Below, piece after piece: positions 17,301 to 24,217 of a DNA stretch of 64,000 bases. Below the pieces are notes generated by a model, which searched no databases, had not been told where the DNA came from, and saw only the letters and a list, made by a program, of their open reading frames with translations. The DNA is from an uncultured Peptococcaceae bacterium (GTDB lineage Bacteria; Bacillota; Dehalobacteriia; UBA4068; UBA4997): the NCBI GenBank assembly GCA_964569265.1, contig CAZMTO010000002.1, positions 6,102-70,101 of the forward strand. Direction: 5' to 3'. The stretch's first letter is position 1. Each line of letters begins with the position of its first letter. Both the position numbers and the translations under genes were made by a program.

Positions 17301-19415
17301 AACCAAACCTGGGGCGATTGGCAACAGAGTGCTGTGTTTAGCGGCTTAAAGCCCAACACCAGGTATTACTTCCAGGCCAAGTATGCTGCTGGCGCGGCTG
17401 CCTGGGTAGATTCGGCGGAAAGCAACACGGTTATGGCTACCACCGTTATTGACGAAAACGCACCGATGTTTACTGTTGGTCAGGTTAGTGGCCGCACCGG
17501 TGAAGAAGTTAAAGTAAATATCGAAATTAAGAACAACCCCGGTATTGCATCGGTTGCTATGGACGTAGGCTATGATGCAGATAAGCTGGAGTTGGTTGGC
17601 GCACTGGATACCAAGCTGTTGCCCAACGGCACCTTAAACAACGATGTTTCGTCTAACCCCTATACCCTGTACTGGGAAGATACCACCGCTGCTGAAAATA
17701 TGACGGCTAACGGCGTGTTGGCCACCCTTACCTTTAAGGTAAAGGCCGACTGTGCTGTTGGTGATGAAGCAGTTATTACTGTTAGCTACGACCCGGAAAA
17801 TGTATTTGACCTGAATTTGAACAATATAGAATTTGATACTGTTAACGGTGCAATTTTGGTGGTAGACCACAAGTGGAATGCACCCACCTACAAGTGGAGC
17901 AGTGATTATACCACCTGTACGGCTACCCGCACCTGCGGTGATGTTGGCTGCGAAGCTTTGAGTGAAACCGAAACTGTAGAAGCCACTGTAGAGCGCACCG
18001 AAGCAACCGAAACCGAAAACGGCAGTGCGGTTTATACCGCTGCATTTACCAACCCGGCATTTACTACCCAAACCTATACCGAAACTTTGTATGCCATTAA
18101 GGCCGAATTTGCGGTAGAAAAGGCAGAGGTTTGCCCCGGTACCACGGTAGATATTGATATCAATATTAACGAAAACCCCGGCATTACAACTGCCGAGCTT
18201 TATGTTGATTATAACGGCGATAAGCTGGAGCTGATTAACGTAAAAGATGCCGGCCTGCTTAACGGTGCGGTATTTAGCGACAGCTATGCCAAAAAACCCT
18301 ATTATCTTTCCTGGAACGATGCACTTGCCAAAGAAAACAACACCGCCAACGGCACTGTTGCTACCCTTACCTTTAAAGTAAAGGAAGCCTGTGTAATCGG
18401 TGAGAGCGCACAGGTTTCGGTAACCTTTGGTAATGTTTACGATTGGCAGATGCAGGATGTTATCTTCCGCGCGGTAAACGGCGGCGTAACTGTAACCGAC
18501 CATAAATGGGGCGATGCCGCTTACGTTTGGAGTGCTGACCACACGGTTTGCACTGCCCAAAGCGTATGTGCCTGCGGAGAAAAACTGACCGAAAAGGCTA
18601 CGGCCGAAATGACTGCGACAGCATCTACCTGTAGCGTTGCCGGCAACAAAACCTACACGGCCAAGTTTAACAACAGCACCTTTGCCGAACAGACTTATGT
18701 TGAAGAGCTGCCTCTGGCTGCACATAATTACGTAGTAGGCGGCAGTGCCGACGGTGCTGCACTGATTTATACCTGTAGCGAATGTGGCAATGTTGTTAGC
18801 AAAAATGCTACTGAAAATACCGCAATTTTGGCAGTATCGGATGCTGCTGGCAGTGTTGATGAAGAATTGCAGGTAGTGATTTCGGCCAAAAACAACCCCG
18901 GCATTATTGCCGCTACCTTGCAGCTTGGTTATGATGAAGAAGTTTTGCAGTTGGTAAAGGCAGAAAACCTGAGCAGCCTTAAGAGCCTGCGGGTAGACGG
19001 CCATACACTGTATTTGGGCGGCACTAACGAAACCGCCGATGCCATTGCCGACGGTGCCATTATTAAGCTTACCTTTAAGGCTTTGGCAGCCTGCGATGGC
19101 GGCACGGCAGTAAGCCTTAGCTACAAACCTGCCGATATTTATAACTATGATATGGAAGCCGTAGAATTTGCTGTTGATAACGGTGTTGTTGTTGCCAGCA
19201 TTTATTTGCTGGGTGATGTAAACGACGACGGCAGCGTTGATATTAAGGACGTTACCGTTTTGCGCCGTTATCTGGCAGAATGGGAAAATTATGCCGACAT
19301 TGTTAAACTGGCAGCCGACGTAGATGTTAACGGCGAAATTAACATTAAGGATGCTACTATCCTGCGCCGTTACCTGGCCGGTTGGGACGGTGTAGAATTA
19401 GGCAAGGCTTCGTAA
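14328..19415 (+). CDS. Adaptor scaffoldin-like giant protein: Fn3-like repeats, divergent DUF4430-like domain, beta-helix-like region, three cohesins separated by Cys-rich modules, C-terminal dockerin.
   Basis: I chose the start at MSKYTKKTISWLLTLAMMFTMVMPAGA (signal peptide, SD AAAGGAA) rather than the ORF-track 14217. Cohesins at ~17461-17860, 18108-18495 and 18826-19200 (NNPGIASVAMDVGYDADKLEL.., ENPGITTAELYVDYNGDKLEL.., NNPGIIAATLQLGYDEEVLQL..). Dockerin: GDVNDDGSVDIKDVTVLRRYLAEW..VDVNGEINIKDATILRRYLAGW. Confidence 0.88.
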   Translation: MSKYTKKTISWLLTLAMMFTMVMPAGAVEIVPQDGATVAEAAEPLADGETEEGNTEEGAAQPIAAPVWPEDMNLKTTYYSISFNQPAACPDTNYELVYRIATSAEALESETEWSTYGQTGFGDTFADYKERASMDLLAAGTTYYVQAAYRTGDWGEYVYSAYSDVKEMATASAPESVTVDFSIVAATKPSATPEISADSADYKGAQYFTWYGNSNMALVTGTSVQGAAQAGFDTLGVSVTVPNSKLSVTMPDYLGGHELARKSYGNDSNWYVTVMRDGVVIKETDIFGIIEPHDGEKVILHYVFNYKVELISCNNEGISGKFVDAPAINTENYKAADAVKKLIEKIDPLGDITVASKPAIDAADAAYNELADEAKAYVSNYSDLTAAKERLAKIESGEIVTLAAPQVTVKAEAATADSVTVNIPAAEADAAAVIKTRCSLDGVTWTEWADAAAGDITISNLQSEKSYRVQAYYKTSDSTKYANSAVAEVTAATIAYEVSTVNVGTLSELVNAIKGADTSVQTLIKLTADIELPSEGAPYNAAISPAGANIILDGDGHKVGLYSGNQYSAVVHIGANSTVTLRNIKMALLRTNDEWTLPNNSWSNLVRFVGDNGVLNVEKDAVLYSNGNGRGIIYNGALSWRPAALANATVNIYGGVIHSTGDNAYSRIINLNGKGTVNIIPNGDVMLEGLIENTEGINVKPGTAIKSGAALSSDFATYTPFTTEELANYNAGAALTYGAGVRFLVGDTQLGDLTAPVVLPAADENAANADVTYVISDDKVVFTVINRDALGVLMFRQDNNIWRHSADADYRQFVDGNTFTFSGLNKDTDYTFYVQTASLTPAYKDAITTLNLHTTYTVNQLDKVSAITLEDKTATSIKHSVAACTQDNTAITQFRMSADGQTWGDWQDSPEFTGLQPYTDYHFQARYHAVSKYWSDSEPSETVVVRTKAAGLTAPVLAEAASARANTVTLTAPAASAEDTTAVVWYRMSADNQTWGDWQQSAVFSGLKPNTRYYFQAKYAAGAAAWVDSAESNTVMATTVIDENAPMFTVGQVSGRTGEEVKVNIEIKNNPGIASVAMDVGYDADKLELVGALDTKLLPNGTLNNDVSSNPYTLYWEDTTAAENMTANGVLATLTFKVKADCAVGDEAVITVSYDPENVFDLNLNNIEFDTVNGAILVVDHKWNAPTYKWSSDYTTCTATRTCGDVGCEALSETETVEATVERTEATETENGSAVYTAAFTNPAFTTQTYTETLYAIKAEFAVEKAEVCPGTTVDIDININENPGITTAELYVDYNGDKLELINVKDAGLLNGAVFSDSYAKKPYYLSWNDALAKENNTANGTVATLTFKVKEACVIGESAQVSVTFGNVYDWQMQDVIFRAVNGGVTVTDHKWGDAAYVWSADHTVCTAQSVCACGEKLTEKATAEMTATASTCSVAGNKTYTAKFNNSTFAEQTYVEELPLAAHNYVVGGSADGAALIYTCSECGNVVSKNATENTAILAVSDAAGSVDEELQVVISAKNNPGIIAATLQLGYDEEVLQLVKAENLSSLKSLRVDGHTLYLGGTNETADAIADGAIIKLTFKALAACDGGTAVSLSYKPADIYNYDMEAVEFAVDNGVVVASIYLLGDVNDDGSVDIKDVTVLRRYLAEWENYADIVKLAADVDVNGEINIKDATILRRYLAGWDGVELGKAS

Positions 19416-19541
19416 GAAGCGCAAAGCTTTATCCACTGCGGGCACGGGCAATAGTCTGTGCCCGCCTTGTGGGTTATTTTGATAATTGCGGCAGGGTGCC
19501 ATCGGGTACGTTTGCCTGCACCCATTTTAAGGAGAATTTTT

Positions 19542-21599
19542 ATGAGATCGTACAGTAAAAGCCTTGTGTTGCTGGTGTTTACGCTGTGTCTGCTGTTTGG
19601 TCAGGCGTATGCGGCATTGGCAGCCGATGCTGTGGCAATTTCAATAAACCAAACGCAAAATTTGGCGGTGGGCTATGCCAAGCCGCTGGTATTAACAGCG
19701 GCCCCGGCAGGTGCTGCCCTGCCTGCGGTGGAATGGAAGTCGAGCAACGAGGCAGTGGCTACCGTTGACCAAAACGGTGTGGTTACCGGTGTTAAGGCCG
19801 GCAAGGCCACCATTACGGCAACTGCCGGGTCTAATGCCGATATTACGGCTTCGGTAGATTTGGTGGTGCGTAATTCGTATCGCTATAAAATAGGCTGGGG
19901 CGGCAACTTTAATCAGGCTGATAACAACCAGACTACCACCGCTGCCCTGCCGATAAACCCCAACAAGGTACAAAAAGTCTGGCAGGCTCACGTAGGCAAC
20001 AGCACCGTAGCTATTGTGGATGATTATGTGTACACCTATAACGGTACCAGCCTTAACGGCGAAAACAACGGCGGTGTGCTTTATAAAATTGACAAAAACA
20101 CCGGCAATGTGGTAAACAGCCTGCAGTGCAGCGGCAGTTGTAACCTTTATTACAGCTATACTATTTATGGCGGCGGCCTGCTTTATGTAAGCTGTGTGGG
20201 TTCGGTAATGGCTTTTGATTTGGATTCTTTTGCGCTGCTGTGGACGGCAGAAACCGACCCGGCAGTAAATTATCCCACCATACAGTATGTTAACAACTGT
20301 GTGGTTACTAACGGTTATGTGTTAGACGCTGTTACCGGTGCTAAAAAAGCTACCCTGCCCGGTGGGTATTCATATTCCAGCGGGGTAGAAAAAAACGGCC
20401 TGTTTTATATTGCGGCGGCAGACGGCAAAATTTACGCTTTTAGCACTGCCGATTGGAGTGTTAAATATTCGCTTAAATTTGGCGACGGCAACGGCGGCAA
20501 CCAGCCGGGTGTAGCCTTTGCCGGCAACCGCCTTTATTGGGGTTCGGTCGGCAGCGGCAATTTGTATTCGGTGCAGATAAACGATACTACCGGTGCTTTT
20601 GCCGAAGATACGTTAAAAACCGTGGCCTGCGGGGTAAGCGGCCCCTGTGTGCCGGTAATTGCCAACGGCAGAATATATTTGGCCGGCACGCATAACGGCA
20701 ACGGTGCAGTAGCAGTGGTAAGGGCTGCCGATATGAGCTTGCAGTATGTGGCTTACGGTGCAGTAGAAAAAATACAAAGTACACCTATAGTACGCATTGT
20801 AACTGCCGATGGCCCGGTGGTATCGGCGCTGGCGGCAGAGCCTGCGGCTGTTGGTGTGGCCGAAGGTAATTATGTGTTTATGCAGGATTACGGTTCGGCA
20901 GCATCACCCAGCCGCATATTATTGCTGGCGGATAATGCAGCAGCCACTGCCGGCAGCCTTAATAAGCTGTTTACGGTAGACAACGAAAACTGGGCATACG
21001 AGCAAATTGCCTGCGACAAAGAGGGTGCTTTGTATGTTACCAATGATTCGGGTTTTTTGATAAAGTATGCAGAAGCAACGGTAAGTGTACCGACTTTTGA
21101 CACTGACCTTTCGGCTGCTGAGGTGAACTACGGTTTGGGTGCCGATGCTGCCGAATTGAGGGTAGTGGCAAGTGTAACCGATGAGGGCAGTATAAGCTAC
21201 CAATGGCAGCAAAAGTCGGCTAACGGCGTGTGGACAGATATTGCCAATGCGACAAATGCTGCTTATACACCGGCCACCAATGCCGAAGGTACCACCTATT
21301 ATCGCTGCGTGGTAACCAACACACTTAACGGTCAGGCAGCAACGGCTACATCTAAAGCGGCCAAAATAGTGGTTGTTGCCGGCACGGTTAGCCTTACCTA
21401 CGGTGATGTTAATAACGACGGTAATATAAACGGCAAAGACGTAGCCCTGCTTAAACGCTATATTGTAAACCCTACTGATACAGATATAAATGTGGCGGCT
21501 GCCGATGTTGATGCCAACGGCAGTGTTACCGGCAAAGATGTTGCTTTGCTTAAACGCTATGTGGCCAAATGGCAGATTACCCTTGGCCCTGCGGCTTAG
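19542..21599 (+). CDS. Secreted Big_2 + PQQ-like beta-propeller + Ig-like + dockerin protein.
   Basis: Start at MRSYSKSLVLLVFTLCLLFGQAYA with SD AAGGAGA. Big_2: WKSSNEAVATVDQNGVVTGVKAGKATITA. Propeller repeats (~19960-21070) are paralogous to 2140-3260. Ig-like ISYQWQ..YYRC (~21081-21380). Dockerin: GDVNNDGNINGKDVALLKRYI..ADVDANGSVTGKDVALLKRYVAKW. Confidence 0.88.
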   Translation: MRSYSKSLVLLVFTLCLLFGQAYAALAADAVAISINQTQNLAVGYAKPLVLTAAPAGAALPAVEWKSSNEAVATVDQNGVVTGVKAGKATITATAGSNADITASVDLVVRNSYRYKIGWGGNFNQADNNQTTTAALPINPNKVQKVWQAHVGNSTVAIVDDYVYTYNGTSLNGENNGGVLYKIDKNTGNVVNSLQCSGSCNLYYSYTIYGGGLLYVSCVGSVMAFDLDSFALLWTAETDPAVNYPTIQYVNNCVVTNGYVLDAVTGAKKATLPGGYSYSSGVEKNGLFYIAAADGKIYAFSTADWSVKYSLKFGDGNGGNQPGVAFAGNRLYWGSVGSGNLYSVQINDTTGAFAEDTLKTVACGVSGPCVPVIANGRIYLAGTHNGNGAVAVVRAADMSLQYVAYGAVEKIQSTPIVRIVTADGPVVSALAAEPAAVGVAEGNYVFMQDYGSAASPSRILLLADNAAATAGSLNKLFTVDNENWAYEQIACDKEGALYVTNDSGFLIKYAEATVSVPTFDTDLSAAEVNYGLGADAAELRVVASVTDEGSISYQWQQKSANGVWTDIANATNAAYTPATNAEGTTYYRCVVTNTLNGQAATATSKAAKIVVVAGTVSLTYGDVNNDGNINGKDVALLKRYIVNPTDTDINVAAADVDANGSVTGKDVALLKRYVAKWQITLGPAA

Positions 21600-21643
21600 G
21601 CAGCAGCTTGTACAGTGGTAAAAAACACTTGGAGAAATAGTTT

Positions 21644-24217
21644 ATGAAGAAAAACAGATTATTAGGATTGTTGGCGGCTATGGTGGTTTTGCTGTGCCTG
21701 CTTTGTAATGCGGCATTGGCGGCGGTGCAGCCTGCAGCGGTAATATCGTCGGTGAGCGGCCAGCCCGGTGACGAGGTTAAGGTGACGGTAAGCCTGCAAA
21801 ACAACCCCGGTATTATTGCGGCCGAGCTTAAATTGGCATATGACAATGATAAGCTGGAGCTTAAAAAAGCTGAAACCGGCAACCTGTTAACGGATTGTGT
21901 GTTTGGTGATAATTTAGGCAAAACCCCGTACTATATGGCGTGGGATGAGGCCTGGCGGCGTGAAAATATGTCGGCAGACGGCGTTTTGACTACCCTTACC
22001 TTTAAGATAAAGGCAAGCTGCAAGGCAGGTGATACGGCGGCTTTAAGCATAACATCATTAAAGGCTCACAATACCCTGCTTAAAGACGTTAACTTTACGA
22101 CTGCGCCCAGCAGTGTAAGTGTTGGCGGGCACACCTGGGGCAAGGCTGCATACACGTGGTCGGCTGACCATATGAGCTGCACGGCAGGCTGTTATTGTAC
22201 GGATGCCGATTGTAATTATTTTGCCAACGAAACCGTAAGCGCGGTGGTAAGCACTACGCCTGCCACCTGTACGGCAGACGGGGTTAAGGTGTATACTGCC
22301 AAATTTAGCAGCGCGGTCTTTGTTGAGCAGACCTTTACCGAGGTGCTTAAAGCTACGGGGCATAAATTTGCGGTGGTTGGCAGCACTGATGACAGCCTTA
22401 CATACCGTTGCAGCGGCTGCGGTGCCGAAAAAACCGAAAGTATCGCTAAGGGCAGCCCTACATTGTTGGTTGCCGATGCTGCCGGTAAAGTTGGCGACGA
22501 AGTGAGTGTAGCTGTAAGTCTTAAAGATAATCCGGGCATTGTAAGCCTGGCGTTTAACCTTAATTATGACCACAGTAAGCTGGCCCTGCAAAAGGTGGCC
22601 GATGCTGGGCTTTTGCCCAACGGCAGCTTTAGCAGTGATTTGTCGGCTGACCCATATGTGTTATATTGGGAGGATACGACAGCAACTGCAAACCGCACAG
22701 AAAACGGAACGCTGGCTATGTTAACCTTTAAAGTTTTATCGGCGGCGGCCGGCAATGATGTTGATGTAAAGCTGAGTTATGATCCTGAAAATATTTTTGA
22801 TTATAATTTGGTTAATGTGCCTTTTGCTATTGATAATGGCGTGATTACCGTGGCAGCAGCCGAAGGTGGTACCGGTGGCGGCACGGGCGGTGGTATCGGT
22901 GGTGGCACAGGCGGTGGCACAGGTGGCGGCACGATAGATGTCAGCTTTCGGCTGATAGGTTGTACGCCGGCAACTGACGGTGACGTTGATTTTAGCGAGG
23001 GCGTACCGGCCGGCCTGCACGGAGCCGAATATCAGACGTGGATAAAAACCACTGCGTATACGCTGGATAAAGGCTCTACCGCTAAAGACCTGTTTGAATT
23101 GGCACTGAAAAATAACGGCCTTAGCTGGGACGGCAGCAGCAGTTGGGTTACCTCGATAACGGCACCGGCAGTTTTGGGCGGCTACGAGCTGGCGCAGCAG
23201 GACAACGGTGCGAATTCCGGCTGGATGTATACGGTAAACGGCAAGCACCCCAACAAGGCATTTAGTGAATATGTGCTGAAAAATAACGATAAGGTTATTT
23301 GGCATTACATTAACGACTACCAATACGAACAGGAAGATTGGGTAGGCGGTTCGCCGCACGGCAACAAGGATACCTTTAATTTATGGTTGCAGGCTAAGGA
23401 CACCAACCCGACAGGTACAACTGCCGGTGGTGGCGCTGCCGGTGGCGGCGGCGGTGCAGCCGTTGACACCAAGTATACCGCGGCTGACGTAAAAGACCTG
23501 ATTGACAAGATTGGCACCGTTACCAAGGACAGCAAAAAGGCCATTGAAAAAGCCCGTGAGGCTTATGATTCGCTGACGGCTGCCCAGAAGAAGAACGTTA
23601 CCAATTATGACAAACTTACCGCCGCTGAAAAAGCTTACACCGAGCTTACCGGCGAAAAGATAGACACTACCAAACTGCCGTTTATCGATGTAGCAAAGGG
23701 TAGCTGGTACTATGACGCGATTAAGGCAATGTACGACAAGGGCTTGATGAACGGTGAAAGTGCTACCAAGTTTATGCCGAACAACAAGCTTAGCCGTGCA
23801 ATGTTGGTAACTATTCTGTACCGTATGCAGAATGAACCGAGCATTAGCACAACTGCACTGTTCAACGACGTTGCTAATGGCCAGTGGTACACCAATGCCG
23901 TTGCTTGGGCAAATGCCAACAACGTTGTTAACGGCGTAGGCGAGGGTAAGTTTGCACCTAATGATAGCGTAACCCGCCAGGAAATGGCAGCAATGCTGTA
24001 CCGTTACGCTAAGGCCACCGGTATGGACACTACCGCAACCGCTTCTCTCAGTAACTTTAAGGATAGCGCCAAGGTAGCCGATTGGGCAACCGATGCTATG
24101 AAGTGGGCAGTTGGCAGCGGCCTGATGAAGGGCAACGAGGACGGCACTATCAACCCGATGGGCACTGCAACACGTGCAGAAGTAGCAACTGTAATTGTTC
24201 GCTTGCTTAGCAAGTAG
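21644..24217 (+). CDS. Anchoring scaffoldin-like protein: two cohesins, Cys-rich module, Gly linker, canonical DUF4430 (transcobalamin-like) domain, helical hairpin, three SLH.
   Basis: Signal peptide: MKKNRLLGLLAAMVVLLCLLCNAALA. Cohesins at ~21742-22120 and ~22460-22855. DUF4430 signature: IDVSFRLIG...GANSGWMYTVNGKHPNKAFSEYVLKNNDKVIWHYINDY (22934-23320). The SLH end is near-identical to the end of the first gene. Confidence 0.9.
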   Translation: MKKNRLLGLLAAMVVLLCLLCNAALAAVQPAAVISSVSGQPGDEVKVTVSLQNNPGIIAAELKLAYDNDKLELKKAETGNLLTDCVFGDNLGKTPYYMAWDEAWRRENMSADGVLTTLTFKIKASCKAGDTAALSITSLKAHNTLLKDVNFTTAPSSVSVGGHTWGKAAYTWSADHMSCTAGCYCTDADCNYFANETVSAVVSTTPATCTADGVKVYTAKFSSAVFVEQTFTEVLKATGHKFAVVGSTDDSLTYRCSGCGAEKTESIAKGSPTLLVADAAGKVGDEVSVAVSLKDNPGIVSLAFNLNYDHSKLALQKVADAGLLPNGSFSSDLSADPYVLYWEDTTATANRTENGTLAMLTFKVLSAAAGNDVDVKLSYDPENIFDYNLVNVPFAIDNGVITVAAAEGGTGGGTGGGIGGGTGGGTGGGTIDVSFRLIGCTPATDGDVDFSEGVPAGLHGAEYQTWIKTTAYTLDKGSTAKDLFELALKNNGLSWDGSSSWVTSITAPAVLGGYELAQQDNGANSGWMYTVNGKHPNKAFSEYVLKNNDKVIWHYINDYQYEQEDWVGGSPHGNKDTFNLWLQAKDTNPTGTTAGGGAAGGGGGAAVDTKYTAADVKDLIDKIGTVTKDSKKAIEKAREAYDSLTAAQKKNVTNYDKLTAAEKAYTELTGEKIDTTKLPFIDVAKGSWYYDAIKAMYDKGLMNGESATKFMPNNKLSRAMLVTILYRMQNEPSISTTALFNDVANGQWYTNAVAWANANNVVNGVGEGKFAPNDSVTRQEMAAMLYRYAKATGMDTTATASLSNFKDSAKVADWATDAMKWAVGSGLMKGNEDGTINPMGTATRAEVATVIVRLLSK

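Noticed and set aside
17634-19004. 456-aa minus-strand ORF inside the adaptor scaffoldin gene.
   Set aside because: It is an antisense shadow ORF, and the + strand frame carries unmistakable cohesin repeats.
6563-24217. Classical polysaccharide-degrading cellulosome/amylosome interpretation.
   Set aside because: I could not recognise any glycoside-hydrolase, CBM or other CAZy-like motifs. The B12 riboswitch and DUF4430 modules point elsewhere. This still needs a dbCAN/HMM check.
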